A stretch of DNA of 64,000 bases, from NCBI GenBank assembly GCA_963663805.2, contig CAXXMR010000013.1, positions 160,001 through 224,000 on the forward strand, read 5' to 3'. The position numbers and the translations under genes were made by a program. The notes beneath the pieces were generated by a model. The model was not told the DNA's origin and searched no databases. It was given only the letters and a program-made list of their open reading frames with translations. The DNA is from Sedimentisphaerales bacterium. Lineage in GTDB: Bacteria > Planctomycetota > Phycisphaerae > Sedimentisphaerales > SM23-30. This document shows, one piece after another, positions 39,825 to 50,490 of this stretch. Every line of letters begins with the position of its first letter. Position 1 is the first letter of the stretch.

Positions 39825-41880
39825 GTATCGTAAAGATTTTTTAGAAGATGTAAAGTCAACAGCAGTTAATCAGCAAGAGGGAACCGTTGCTTCCTTTGTA
39901 GACGTCGCAGCAAGACAGCTGGTCGAGGCTGAAGTGCTTCCCGATTTTGCCTCTTGTTTTTATGCGGGAACTGGAAAACGTAATAAGAAGCTTAGGGTTG
40001 ATGGATATTGCTTAGATGAGTTTGATTACACTCTGAATCTCATATTAGCAGATTTTGATGGAAATGACGACCCTAAAACTCTAATCAAAACAGATGCGGT
40101 ACGTATGTTTAGTGCAGTTGAAGCATTCATAGCTGAATCACGCAATGGCCTTTTGAATCATTTAGAAATCAGCAATCCTGTATATGATCTGGTTGATTTA
40201 ATCAATGAAAAGGGCAACCAAATACGCAAGTATTCCCTTTTCCTTTTCAGTGATTCGATAATCAGTGAGCGGTTAACCGATCTGAAGCAGGGGGACATAG
40301 AAGGTATTCCGATCAATTATCATGTTTGGGATATTAGCCGTTTCTTCAAGGTCTGTTTCGCTGAGACAGGTAGAGAAGAATTGGAAGTGGATTTCACGAA
40401 ATATATTAAAAATGGAATACCATGCGTTGAAGCAAGCGCAGCCGCAACTGAAATCAGCAAGTCATATTTATGTGTTATCCCAGGCAAAGTGCTGGCGGAC
40501 ATCTATGATGAATACGGCAGCAGGTTATTAGAAGGCAACGTACGCTCTTTTTTGAGTACTAGGGTAAAAGTAAATAAAAAGATTCGCGAGACAATTCTGA
40601 CTCAGCCAGATATGTTCTTTGCTTACAATAACGGAATTTCAATTACAGCAACAAATGTTGTGATATCAGAAAATAAAACTGGAAAATATCTGAGCTATGC
40701 TAAAGATATGCAAATCGTAAATGGTGGGCAGACCACAGCATCGCTTTCAAATACAAGACATAAAGACAAGGTTTCTCTAGAAGACATTTTTGTGCAAATG
40801 AAGCTGACGCAGGTAGATTCAGAATCGGCTAATGAAATAATACCCCAAATTTCTAAGTCTTCTAATAGTCAAAATAAGGTTAGTGAGGCTGATTTCTTTT
40901 CTAATCATCCATTCCATATTCGTATGGAGACCATATCGCGAAGATTATATGCTCCAAGCGTTGGAGGGGGAATGCATAATACTCACTGGTTCTACGAACG
41001 GGCGAGAGGGCAGTATTTCCATGCTCAAATGAGAATGACGAAATCAGAGAAAAACAAATTTCAAATTCAAAATCCCAAAAAACAGGTTATAAGCAAGACT
41101 GAACTAGCAAAAGCCAGAAATTCTTGGCGATGTCTCCCGTATGTAGTCAGTAAAGGGACACAGGCTAATTTTGTTTCATTCGCAGCATGGATCGACCCTG
41201 AGTGGGAGTCACGTGAGGCCGATTTCAATGAGTCTTTCTATCAGGAATGTGTGGCATTGGTTATCTTATTTCATTACATTGAAAAACTCGTTTCCGCCCA
41301 GCCATGGTATCAGAGTGGTTACCGAGCACAGATTGTTACCTACTCGATTGCTATGCTTGTGCACTTGATTAAATCGCAATACAAAAATGGTGTGCTGGAT
41401 TTAAAACTGATTTGGAACAAACAGACTATTCCAGAAATACTGCACAAGCAGTTAGAAATTATTACTAAAGCTGTATTTGACTGCATGACAGATCCTGAGA
41501 GGGATACAATCAATGTTACCCAGTGGTGCAAAAGGGAAAAATGCTGGGAGATGATGAAAAAGCTGGATATACACCTGATCCCCGAAATCGTAAGTGTTCT
41601 CGTTTCCAAAGAAGAAGTAGCTTCTGATAAAAAAGAGGCAAGGACAGAGCAGAAAATGCTCAATGGTATAGAGGCTCAGATGTTTGTAGTAAACTTAGGA
41701 CAGAATTATTGGGCTGAACTGCATAATTTTGGTAAAAATAAAAATTTGCTGACACTGCCTGATTTTGATATCCTGAAGGCGGCAGAGGCGATATCAGGGA
41801 CAAAACTGCCAAATGCTTATCAGTGCCAGAAACTGCAGGAATTGAGAAATAGAATGATTTCAGAGGGCTTTTCGGAATAA
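39805..41880 (+). CDS. AIPR family protein
   Basis: LLEGNVRSFL, FFAYNNGI, QIVNGGQTT, NSQNKV, WFYERARGQY. Confidence 0.9.
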   Translation: MTMELLEYRKDFLEDVKSTAVNQQEGTVASFVDVAARQLVEAEVLPDFASCFYAGTGKRNKKLRVDGYCLDEFDYTLNLILADFDGNDDPKTLIKTDAVRMFSAVEAFIAESRNGLLNHLEISNPVYDLVDLINEKGNQIRKYSLFLFSDSIISERLTDLKQGDIEGIPINYHVWDISRFFKVCFAETGREELEVDFTKYIKNGIPCVEASAAATEISKSYLCVIPGKVLADIYDEYGSRLLEGNVRSFLSTRVKVNKKIRETILTQPDMFFAYNNGISITATNVVISENKTGKYLSYAKDMQIVNGGQTTASLSNTRHKDKVSLEDIFVQMKLTQVDSESANEIIPQISKSSNSQNKVSEADFFSNHPFHIRMETISRRLYAPSVGGGMHNTHWFYERARGQYFHAQMRMTKSEKNKFQIQNPKKQVISKTELAKARNSWRCLPYVVSKGTQANFVSFAAWIDPEWESREADFNESFYQECVALVILFHYIEKLVSAQPWYQSGYRAQIVTYSIAMLVHLIKSQYKNGVLDLKLIWNKQTIPEILHKQLEIITKAVFDCMTDPERDTINVTQWCKREKCWEMMKKLDIHLIPEIVSVLVSKEEVASDKKEARTEQKMLNGIEAQMFVVNLGQNYWAELHNFGKNKNLLTLPDFDILKAAEAISGTKLPNAYQCQKLQELRNRMISEGFSE

Positions 41881-41923
41881 TTATCAATAAAGATTAGTTA
41901 AAACACTTTTAGATGATGAAAAT

Positions 41924-43132
41924 ATGAAAAAGAGTGTATTTAAATTAGGAGAGTTGTTCTGCGGTCCTGGTGGTTTGGCACTGGGCGCTGCTCAGACTCA
42001 CCCTGTGTACTCAATAATAGGCAAACAGTTTTCCATTACTCACGTTTGGGGTGTAGACAAAGATCAAGCTGCTATTGATTCGTATTCTCTTAATATCGCC
42101 GAAAAATATGGTGGTGTCGGCCTCTGTCGCGATGCGATGGAATTCTGTAAAAATGAAATACAGGATCATAAAAGGATCACTGCGTTAGCCTTCGGCTTTC
42201 CCTGCAACGATTTTAGTCTGGTTGGCAAGCAACAGGGTGTAAACGGCCAGTATGGTCATCTGTATAAAGCCGGCATCATGGCGATCAAACATATGGATCC
42301 ATTCTGGTTTATTGCCGAAAATGTCAGCGGCATTCATTCCGCCAATCAGGGTGTGGCCTTCAGGAAAATCCTTTCAGATCTTAAAGTTGCCGGAAAACAT
42401 GGTTATCGCCTGACGGCGCATTTGTACAAGTTTGAAGATTATGGAGTTCCTCAGACCCGTCACCGGTTCATTGTTGTCGGAATACGCAAAGACCAGTGCA
42501 GGAACCAGCCATTCAGAGTTCCCGCTCCTACACACGGGCCCGGCACTCTCAAAGCTTATGTTTCGGCACGGGAGGCCATTGAAAGGATCAAGCCAGGTTC
42601 CCCCAATGGTGAGTTGACACGCCAAGATCCCAGAATTGTGCGGCGCCTGCAGTTTACACCACCATGGAAAAACGCCTGGTTTTTAGACGAGCTGCTTGAG
42701 ATGAAACCAACGCAACGGCTGGAAATCCTCCAGAAGGTTCCATGGTATAAAGAAGAATTATCCGGTTTGTCGGACTATAAAATCTGCCGACTAATCGATG
42801 AATGCCGCCTTCACTGCACTAAAGCCCGGATGAGCCATATCTATAGACGACTTCATCCAGACCTCCCATCATATACAATCACCGGTAGCGGAGGAGGAGG
42901 GACCCATGTCTATCATTGGGAGGAACACAGGGCCCTGACCAATCGCGAGCGTGCAAAACTGCAGAGCTTTGATGATGACTTTGAATTTCAAGGTTCAAAA
43001 GAGGAGGTCAGAAAACAAATCGGGATGGCGGTGCCGCCCGCAGGTGCCAAGATTATCTTTAAGGCGATCTTGGATACATTTGCCGGAAATAAATATAAAA
43101 GTGTGAACTCAAACTACCCTATTTCAGATTGA
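41924..43132 (+). CDS. dcm: DNA (cytosine-5)-methyltransferase
   Basis: ELFCGPGG (motif I), GFPCNDFS (IV), ENV (VI), PQTRHR (VIII), QIGMAVPP (X). Confidence 0.93.
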   Translation: MKKSVFKLGELFCGPGGLALGAAQTHPVYSIIGKQFSITHVWGVDKDQAAIDSYSLNIAEKYGGVGLCRDAMEFCKNEIQDHKRITALAFGFPCNDFSLVGKQQGVNGQYGHLYKAGIMAIKHMDPFWFIAENVSGIHSANQGVAFRKILSDLKVAGKHGYRLTAHLYKFEDYGVPQTRHRFIVVGIRKDQCRNQPFRVPAPTHGPGTLKAYVSAREAIERIKPGSPNGELTRQDPRIVRRLQFTPPWKNAWFLDELLEMKPTQRLEILQKVPWYKEELSGLSDYKICRLIDECRLHCTKARMSHIYRRLHPDLPSYTITGSGGGGTHVYHWEEHRALTNRERAKLQSFDDDFEFQGSKEEVRKQIGMAVPPAGAKIIFKAILDTFAGNKYKSVNSNYPISD

Positions 43133-43262
43133 CCATAATTGCAGAACGTCGCTGTCAATTTATCTCGTAGTATAGGTATTATATAGGCTGGATCGTGCGC
43201 CTTTTGAGTAATGTGCGTATTCTTTGTATTCTTGAAATTCAAGTTTTCGAGATATGCATTAC

Positions 43263-43673
43263 TCATCCTTGCATTTGCTTGTCAATTATTTTACATATTT
43301 TTTCTGGACTCTTAGTTTCACATTCCCAAATCACAATGACTTTCCATCCAAGCTTTTTGAGCTCTTTTCTGTTTGCCTGATCTTTTTGGATATTTCGTTC
43401 AAATTTTGGAACCCAGTAATCCTGGTTCACAGATGGAGTTGTGCATCGTTTGCACCCTTTATGTCGATGCCAGTAGCATCCGTGAACAAAAACCACGGTT
43501 TTGTATTTTGGCAGAACGATATCCGGTTTACCAGGCAAATCCTTTTGGTGAAGCCGAAATCGATATCCCATCCGATACAACATAGAACGAACAAGTAATT
43601 CAGGCTTTGTGTTTTTACTGCGAATCCTGGACATATTCCAGCTTCGCCTTTCTTTTGTAATATGATCGGCCAC
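43263..43673 (-). CDS. vsr: very short patch repair endonuclease
   Basis: RSWNMSRIRSKNTKPE, LPGKPDI, FVHGCYWH, IWECE. Confidence 0.95.
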   Translation of the reverse strand: MADHITKERRSWNMSRIRSKNTKPELLVRSMLYRMGYRFRLHQKDLPGKPDIVLPKYKTVVFVHGCYWHRHKGCKRCTTPSVNQDYWVPKFERNIQKDQANRKELKKLGWKVIVIWECETKSPEKICKIIDKQMQG

Positions 43674-43954
43674 AACTGCATTTTATCAAATACGTCATAA
43701 TATTCAATCACCAAATGAACTGACTCATACCCAGAATTACATTGTTAAAAAAGCCAATATATCCTTTCCGTGTGTGTGTTTTCGTTATTCAAAGGCACAG
43801 CGAGGATACGGGCATGAATCGCACGGAAACCTTAGATGTCAAGGGGCGCTCAAAACCGGCCAGTGATGGGCGCTTGAAAACCGGCCAGAATTGAATAGTT
43901 GATATGTTTGTCTTTGTTAATCTGGGTAAAAACTCAGGTTGACAGGGGCACAAA

Positions 43955-45565
43955 ATGGCGAACTATTTGACGATGGCACAGGTACAAACGGCAGTTGATC
44001 TCAAGGCCCGCGGCTGGTCTAACCGTCGTATTCAGCGGGAGTTAGGCATTCATCGGGATACGGTGGCCCGCTATTGGGCTCTTCGGCAGCGGCAAAACCG
44101 TGATGGTGACTGCCCGGACGACACATTAGCTCCTCCGGCTGTCGAATCGGTTCCGGCGGCTTGCGACGGGGCGCCCCCCGGGGGTTCAAAACCGGCCAAG
44201 GCGCCCCCCGGCTCTGAGGCTGATTCTATCCCGGTTCCCCCTGGTTCGACCAGTCAGTGCGTCCGGTACCACGAACTGATCGTGCCCATGGTTCAGCGGG
44301 AATTATCGGCTCAGCGGATTTATCAGGACCTGACGGCTGACCATGATTTTTCCGGCAGCTACTACAGTGTGCGACGTTACGTCGGCAAGCTGCGTCATGC
44401 CAATCCTCTGCCGTTCCGCCGCCTGGAGTGTTCACCGGGCCTGGAAGCTCAGATCGATTTCGGCACGGCCCGCTACATCCCCATGCCCAACGGCAAACGT
44501 AAAAAGAGTTATGTTTTCCGTATCGTCCTGAGCTGTTCCCGCAAAGCTTACAGTGAAACGGTATTCCATCAGAGTACCGACAGCTTTCTGCGCTGCCTGG
44601 AAAATGCCTTCTGGTATTTCGGCGGGGTACCGCAGACTATTGTAATCGACAATCTCAAGGCCGCGGTAACCCGGGCCGACTGGTATGACCCGGAGATCGT
44701 ACCCCGGGTGCAGTCTTTCTGTCTTCATTACGGCACGGCCATCCTGCCCACCAAGCCATATATGCCGCGTCACAAAGGCAAGATCGAAAACGGCATCAAT
44801 TATGTTCAGGACAATGCCTTGAAAGGCAGAGATTTTGATTGTCTGAATGAGCAGAACACCCATCTTCTTCACTGGGAACAGAACATTGCCGATAAACGTA
44901 TTCACGGCACCACCCGTCAGCAGGTCGAAAAGGTTTTTCAGGAAGTCGAAAAGCCGGCCCTGCAGCCTTTGCCGGAAGGTTATTTCCCCTCCTTCACCGA
45001 AGCCAAACGCAGCGTCCATCGCGACGGTTATATAGAAGTTGACAAAGCATATTACTCGGCTCCGCCGGAATTTGTCGGCCATAAAGTCTGGGTGCGATGG
45101 GACGGCCGTCTGGTGCGGGTATTCAACAGTAAAATGGAGCAGATCGCGCTGCACAGCAAAGTCGAACCGGGCCGATTCCAGACTGACCGACGGCATATCC
45201 ATGCCCATAAACAGAGCAAAATCGAAAAAGGGGCTCAATGGCTGATCCAGAGGACAGCCCTGCTCGGCAAGCACAGCCATCAATGGGCCAGGCAGCTGTT
45301 TGAAATTCGGGGTGTAACCGGCCAAAGAGCGATTCTGGGCTTATTGAGTCTGAGCGGCAAATATTCGCCTAAGCAAATAGATGAAGCCTGCCGCAAAGCT
45401 CTCCGTCACGGAGCCTGGCGTTTGCAAACGGTTCGTAAAATACTGGACCAGGATATCCCGGATCAGCAGATGATGGATTTTATCGATGAACATCCCATTA
45501 TTCGCGGCCTGGATGATTATCAGGACTTCGTTACTCTGGCGGCCGGGAACGACCAGGAATATTAA
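43955..45565 (+). CDS. istA: IS21 transposase
   Basis: N-terminal HTH, AQIDFG, VIDNLKAAV, HKGKIE, HGTT. Confidence 0.95.
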   Translation: MANYLTMAQVQTAVDLKARGWSNRRIQRELGIHRDTVARYWALRQRQNRDGDCPDDTLAPPAVESVPAACDGAPPGGSKPAKAPPGSEADSIPVPPGSTSQCVRYHELIVPMVQRELSAQRIYQDLTADHDFSGSYYSVRRYVGKLRHANPLPFRRLECSPGLEAQIDFGTARYIPMPNGKRKKSYVFRIVLSCSRKAYSETVFHQSTDSFLRCLENAFWYFGGVPQTIVIDNLKAAVTRADWYDPEIVPRVQSFCLHYGTAILPTKPYMPRHKGKIENGINYVQDNALKGRDFDCLNEQNTHLLHWEQNIADKRIHGTTRQQVEKVFQEVEKPALQPLPEGYFPSFTEAKRSVHRDGYIEVDKAYYSAPPEFVGHKVWVRWDGRLVRVFNSKMEQIALHSKVEPGRFQTDRRHIHAHKQSKIEKGAQWLIQRTALLGKHSHQWARQLFEIRGVTGQRAILGLLSLSGKYSPKQIDEACRKALRHGAWRLQTVRKILDQDIPDQQMMDFIDEHPIIRGLDDYQDFVTLAAGNDQEY

Positions 45566-45693
45566 GGAGGCCTGCGGCAACTATTTTTACCTGGGGCTCT
45601 GCCCCAAACCCTGACATTTAACCTCCGCCTTTGGGCGAGAAAAAGATAACGAAATGTTATGGCTTTACTAACCTTCAAATCAGGAGTACGAAC

Positions 45694-46458
45694 ATGCAGG
45701 AATCATTGCGGGCGGCATTGAAGAAATTACGATTGTCAGGCCTGGCTTCATCTCTGGAGATACGCATCCAGGAAGCGGTGGGCAACAAATTGGCTTACGA
45801 GCAGTTTTTGGAACTGATCTTGCAGGATGAACTTTTCGTCAGAGATGAACGGCTGATGCAGAGAAGAATCAAGCAGGCCGGTTTTCGAGAACTGAAAACC
45901 CTGGAAGACTTCAATTGGCAGTTCAACAATACCATCAAGCGAAAACAGATTTATGATTTTGCCGCCGGAAAGTTTATCCGCCAGGGCAGTGATATATTGT
46001 TCCTGGGACCGCCGGGCACCGGAAAAAGCCACCTGGTCCAGGCTCTGGGCTATCAGGCCATTAAGAACGGCCATACGGTCCGCTATCGCTCGATCTTCGA
46101 TCTGGTACGGGATTTTATGCAGGATGAGGCCCTGGGCCAGATAGACAAGGTCCTGGCGAAATATCTCAAAGCGGACCTGCTGATAATCGATGATATGGGC
46201 ATGAAGCAATTGCCCCGCAACAGCGGCGAGTATCTTTTTGAGGTGATTATGCGCAGGTACGAAGTCCGTTCAACCATCATGACCAGCAACCGACCCCTGG
46301 AAGACTGGGGCAAACTCCTCGGCGATGTGCCCTCGGCCACCGCCATCCTGGACCGATTCCTGCACCATTGCGAATTAGTGCAGATTACCGGCAGAAGCTA
46401 TCGCCTGAAGAACCAGAAAAAGCAGGACCAAGAGAATAATCCCAAAAACGACAATTAA
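45694..46458 (+). CDS. istB: IS21 helper ATPase
   Basis: GPPGTGKSHL, LLIIDD, TSN, AILDRFLHH, GRSYR. Confidence 0.95.
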   Translation: MQESLRAALKKLRLSGLASSLEIRIQEAVGNKLAYEQFLELILQDELFVRDERLMQRRIKQAGFRELKTLEDFNWQFNNTIKRKQIYDFAAGKFIRQGSDILFLGPPGTGKSHLVQALGYQAIKNGHTVRYRSIFDLVRDFMQDEALGQIDKVLAKYLKADLLIIDDMGMKQLPRNSGEYLFEVIMRRYEVRSTIMTSNRPLEDWGKLLGDVPSATAILDRFLHHCELVQITGRSYRLKNQKKQDQENNPKNDN

Positions 46459-46562
46459 CGCTTGAAAAACACCCCGGAGAAAACTATAAAACCTTAATCA
46501 AAGTGGCCGGTTTTGCAGCGCCCCAAAGTGGCCGGTTTTCAGGCGCCCAATGACACCTTAGA

Positions 46563-48236
46563 CCCGCATTTCCCAAATAAATCCGTACAAAAAAGTAAGA
46601 TTTTAATAGTATAGGGCTTATGGATTCTGTTTACAACAGTTTTTGTGTTCAGATTTGGAGAACCCAATGGGTGAAGCCAAAAAGGATGCTCTGAGAGTCA
46701 ATTTTGACAACAAATTGAAGCTCGAATTTCATGGAGTGAAAGTCACCAGTGACGCAGGTTTATTAGCGTATCGAGAAATCGATGATGCATTCGGATTGAT
46801 AGAAATGACAGCATGTACACTAACAGACAATCGAATCGGCAAAAACACACAGCACAGCCTTGCTGCGTTGTTACGTCAGTCGGTGTACAGTCGTCTGGCA
46901 GGTTATGAAGACACCAACGATGCTGAACGATTATCGGTTGATCCTGCTATGCGTCATGTTGTCGGTGAACGAGCAAAGTATAAGACAGCAGCTTCTGTCA
47001 GTCAGATGGGACGGTTTGAAACCGAGATTCTCACACAGCCCAGAAACCTGAAAGCATTGATAAACCAAACAGGGAAATGGGTTGATGAAGTGCATCAGCA
47101 AAAGTCTACCAAAGAGATTATTCTCGACATGGACAGTTCAGACAGTCCGACCTTTGGAAAGCAAGAGGGTTCTGCCTACAACGGTCATTTCGGTTATACT
47201 TGTTATCATCCTTTGTTCGTATTCAATCAGTTTGGCGATATTGAAAGAGCATTACTTCGCAATGGTAATTTCTACAGCAGCGATGATTGGAAAAGTGTAT
47301 TGGAACCGATTATTAAACGGTATCAGGACAAAGACATTATCCGTTATTTTCGTGGTGATGCGGCTTTTGCCAATCCTGATATTTACCGCCTGCTTGAAGC
47401 AGAAGGCTATTACTATGCGATACGGCTAAAGGGCAATAATATACTCCAGAGCCACATTGAACACCTTTTGACACGCCACGTAGGTCGCCCCCCCAAAGAG
47501 CCAATTGTTCAATATCACAGTTTTCGATACCAAGCAGCCAGTTGGGAAATAGACAGAAGAGTTGTTGCGAAAGTGGAATGGCACGCAGATCAGTTATTTC
47601 CAAGCGTTGGTTTTATCGTGACCAATCTTCGCTGGAAACACAGCAATGTCGTCAAGTTTTATAACAAGCGTGGCACAGCAGAGCAGTGGATTAAGGAAGG
47701 CAAGTATGCATTGAAATGGACACGTCTGTCTTGCCATGATTTTGATGATAATCAGGTTCGGCTGCAATTGTTCTGTATGGCATATAATATTGGCAACTTC
47801 CTGCGTCGGTTGGCACTGCCCAAGTCAATCAATGACTGGTCACTGCGAACCATGCGGGAAAAACTGGTTAAGATAGGAGCCAAGGTTGTCAGCCACGCCC
47901 GGTATGTAACCTTCCAAATGGCAGAGGTGCTGGTGTCAAGATCGCTGTTTTATGAGATTCTGGATAGAATCAAACGATTGAAGCTGCTGCCGAGTGGATA
48001 AATGATACTGATAAATGCTGAAAAACCTGATTTTATGAACACCAGAGCAGTCAAGGTCTGTCAAAAAATGAGGTCTGTAAGTGGTCAGGCGTATGAGAAA
48101 CCGTATATTTACAGAATTTTGAGGAAAACCGTGCATGGAATGAAATATTCTTGACCTTGCGGTAGTGAATTTTGTAGAATTGTAGATCACGTTAGAAGAA
48201 ATTATGTTTTTCAACTGTATAAATGGGAAATGTCAG
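46563..48236 (+). mobile_element. IS1380-family insertion sequence
   Basis: Imperfect TIRs CCCGCATTTCCCA / TGGGAAATGTCAG around the transposase; no clear target duplication. Confidence 0.75.
46667..48001 (+). CDS. IS1380-family (DDE_Tnp_1_4) transposase
   Basis: TSDAGLL, GYEDTNDA, LDMDSS, YHPL, RGDAAF, YNKRGTAEQWIKEGK. Confidence 0.92.
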   Translation: MGEAKKDALRVNFDNKLKLEFHGVKVTSDAGLLAYREIDDAFGLIEMTACTLTDNRIGKNTQHSLAALLRQSVYSRLAGYEDTNDAERLSVDPAMRHVVGERAKYKTAASVSQMGRFETEILTQPRNLKALINQTGKWVDEVHQQKSTKEIILDMDSSDSPTFGKQEGSAYNGHFGYTCYHPLFVFNQFGDIERALLRNGNFYSSDDWKSVLEPIIKRYQDKDIIRYFRGDAAFANPDIYRLLEAEGYYYAIRLKGNNILQSHIEHLLTRHVGRPPKEPIVQYHSFRYQAASWEIDRRVVAKVEWHADQLFPSVGFIVTNLRWKHSNVVKFYNKRGTAEQWIKEGKYALKWTRLSCHDFDDNQVRLQLFCMAYNIGNFLRRLALPKSINDWSLRTMREKLVKIGAKVVSHARYVTFQMAEVLVSRSLFYEILDRIKRLKLLPSG

Positions 48237-48682
48237 ATATATAAAACTTGAACAATCCGCATTAGAATAAATGTTTTTCTTTGGTTTTCAGTTGGCGGAT
48301 TCTTTCGTTAACGTGCTGTTATTACTGATTTTAGCGGTCGCGGAGTTAGTGCGGGCAAGTTTGGCTGAGGTTGGCATAGTCATCGCTCGGTGACAGCTCC
48401 AAATCACCAAGGACTCTATTAAAAGAGTGGATCGTTTCATCGGATATTATTGGGTTGAACCCGCAGAAGGAATGCGAGTAGTTGTCAGATGATTATGTTA
48501 AAACCGGAAAAGGATTGTTGGCAGGATTGAGATTTGAAGTATCTTTCAGCACTATATTATAGGAGGTCCCAGATCAATCCCCGCACATAGTGAATTTGTA
48601 ATCATACCAAAAGAGTAGAATAAGCGTTCTTTGAATTATTACCTTATTTGGATAAAGAATACAGCTGTAGCTAACTCGTTAG

Positions 48683-48711
48683 AAAAATCGCGGTCAGAAA
48701 GTCGACCGCGA
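48683..48711 (-). terminator. intrinsic terminator of the Ubl-E2-JAB-E1 operon
   Basis: TCGCGGTC-N8-GACCGCGA stem followed by T5 on the minus strand, 18 bp after the E1 stop. Confidence 0.7.
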
Positions 48712-48729
48712 GGTAAAGAATCAAGAATT

Positions 48730-49389
48730 CTAAGTAAGTTCCATAGCCAGCAGATTCATCTGAATGTCACTTTCTATGGGTAGATTTCGCAACCACTTGG
48801 TGAACTGACTCAGCATGAATCCCGCGGCTATATTGGCGGTGTATATGGTAGTTTTCGCAGTGCAGGTTCCCGTATAGGCCTCTTCAGGAGTGAAAAGAGT
48901 GGTTGGATAGTGCTGACGAGAATCTGAATCGCAGGCGGTGAGGATACGCAGAACTTCCGCTGACATCCGACCATCGACAAAGAAGCTTACTTGAGATTCT
49001 ACCGCCTGCCAGATCAACTGGCGGCTAGCGATCTTATCCACCGCACAGAATATGACATTGCCGATCTCCTGACCCCGGCGAAAACGCTGCGCTTCACAGA
49101 ATATCTCCAGTCTCGGATTGATCTGTTTGCATAATCGGGCGGTGGCGTCAACCTTAAGTTGGCCCAGGTCATCCTGGAGATAGCCCTGGCTGGCCAGGTT
49201 GCTTTCTTCGACCGTATCATAATCGATAAGCTGGAGCCAGGAGATACCCAGGGCCGCTAATTGCAGGGCGAGCTGTCGGCCAATGGCGCCTATTCCGATT
49301 GCCGTAGCCTGGCATTGAGCGAGCCGCTCTGGCGGAACGAGATCTTTCTGCCGGCTGTAACGTTCCGGCGTGGGTTCATAGTTTTTCAT
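48730..49389 (-). CDS. ThiF/E1-family adenylyltransferase
   Basis: RYSRQ, GIGAIG, DYDTVEESNLASQ, KV, CAVD..R, VDGRM; candidate catalytic Cys in GTCTA. Confidence 0.9.
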   Translation of the reverse strand: MKNYEPTPERYSRQKDLVPPERLAQCQATAIGIGAIGRQLALQLAALGISWLQLIDYDTVEESNLASQGYLQDDLGQLKVDATARLCKQINPRLEIFCEAQRFRRGQEIGNVIFCAVDKIASRQLIWQAVESQVSFFVDGRMSAEVLRILTACDSDSRQHYPTTLFTPEEAYTGTCTAKTTIYTANIAAGFMLSQFTKWLRNLPIESDIQMNLLAMELT

Positions 49390-49409
49390 GATTGAATATC
49401 CTTTCGTTT

Positions 49410-49751
49410 TTATTCCTGTTTAAGGGCTTCGATAAGTGAATAGCCCATGTTACGTACAATCTGCTCCAGGGCCTCTTCCCGAGATGCCGCCTCGAAGGCT
49501 TCTTCATCTTCCAGGTAGCCCAAAAGCTCATTATAGAGCAGATATTTGACTTTCGGCTGGGGCTGGACCATGTCAAAGAAATGATGCTCATGATCTGGCA
49601 TTTTTTTGAGGGGCCTGCCTTGATCATCCTCATAATCAGAAGGTTCCCCGGCCGTGAATTCCTGCCGGACGCAAACATGCTTCGCCTCATCATTCTTCAC
49701 GAAGGTCTGGCTGACGAATCCCGGGGTGATTTTCACAAATTTGTCAATCAT
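49410..49751 (-). CDS. hypothetical protein inside the Ubl operon
   Basis: Overlaps the JAB gene stop; GAGGTG RBS. Confidence 0.65.
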   Translation of the reverse strand: MIDKFVKITPGFVSQTFVKNDEAKHVCVRQEFTAGEPSDYEDDQGRPLKKMPDHEHHFFDMVQPQPKVKYLLYNELLGYLEDEEAFEAASREEALEQIVRNMGYSLIEALKQE

Positions 49752-50490
49752 AGAACATCACCTCACTTTCATCTTCCCAGAGTTCCGGCCGTACGGAAAG
49801 TTCATCCATGACCGCCCGGCGTTCGGCCGGTTCCAGCTCTTCCAGCTGTTCGATGATATCCTGGGGCAGGCTGTACTCCACAAACTCACGCTCTTCATTG
49901 ATACCAAATGACCGCTTCTCGTGCGCCCAGTCGCTTACCTGTATATTAGCATCATATTCCGCCTGCCAGGCTTGATGGTCGCTGGCGGCAAAGGGTAAGC
50001 TGTAATCCACAAGGACGGGAATCTTGACTTCGCCACCGGGCCCGGTATTGAACCGCAGTCGGGCGTAGATTTCGCCTTCCTGGGCGACTATGCACATCAG
50101 GGCCCAGTCGCATCGGCCGAACACCCGCTCGAAAGTGCTCTCGTCGGTACTGCTGGGATGGGAACTGCCGCCGGGATGGGTGTGCAACCAGATCCGAAAG
50201 AACTGCTCCGGCTGGCGTCCGGCGTCTACCTGAACATCAAAGTAATCGGCGATAGCCTGGTCGTCCAGACTGATACTGGCAACGGAAGCTTCCTGCCGGA
50301 TAGTCTGAAATTCCCTGACACAGAGCAGATCATCCGGATCGCTTATACCGAAGCCGCTGATCTCGGTATCGCCCTGATCCCGAAAGTATATCAGTTTGGC
50401 CCAGGCACTTGGCGAAAAACGCAGCGCTGGTGGTGTCATCCGCTTCTTCTCAGGCGACTTCGTTTTCTGCTGAGATGCTTTCTTCTTCAT
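49744..50490 (-). CDS. JAB/MPN (JAMM) metallopeptidase
   Basis: TEISGFG (catalytic Glu) and [16 protein letters not shown] (HxH-x7-S-x2-D). Confidence 0.88.
   Translation of the reverse strand: MKKKASQQKTKSPEKKRMTPPALRFSPSAWAKLIYFRDQGDTEISGFGISDPDDLLCVREFQTIRQEASVASISLDDQAIADYFDVQVDAGRQPEQFFRIWLHTHPGGSSHPSSTDESTFERVFGRCDWALMCIVAQEGEIYARLRFNTGPGGEVKIPVLVDYSLPFAASDHQAWQAEYDANIQVSDWAHEKRSFGINEEREFVEYSLPQDIIEQLEELEPAERRAVMDELSVRPELWEDESEVMFYD

Larger units (their letters stand above)
43837..46555 (+). mobile_element. IS21-family insertion sequence, intact (2719 bp)
   Basis: TGT..ACA ends with repeated AAAACCGGCCA subterminal motifs; CCTTAGA target duplication; istA plus istB. Confidence 0.95.

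Noticed and set aside
44432..45325. 297-aa minus-strand ORF
   Set aside because: Antisense shadow of istA.
22428..46555. Composite transposon bounded by the two IS21 copies
   Set aside because: Each copy has its own target duplication (CACG, CCTTAGA), showing independent insertions.
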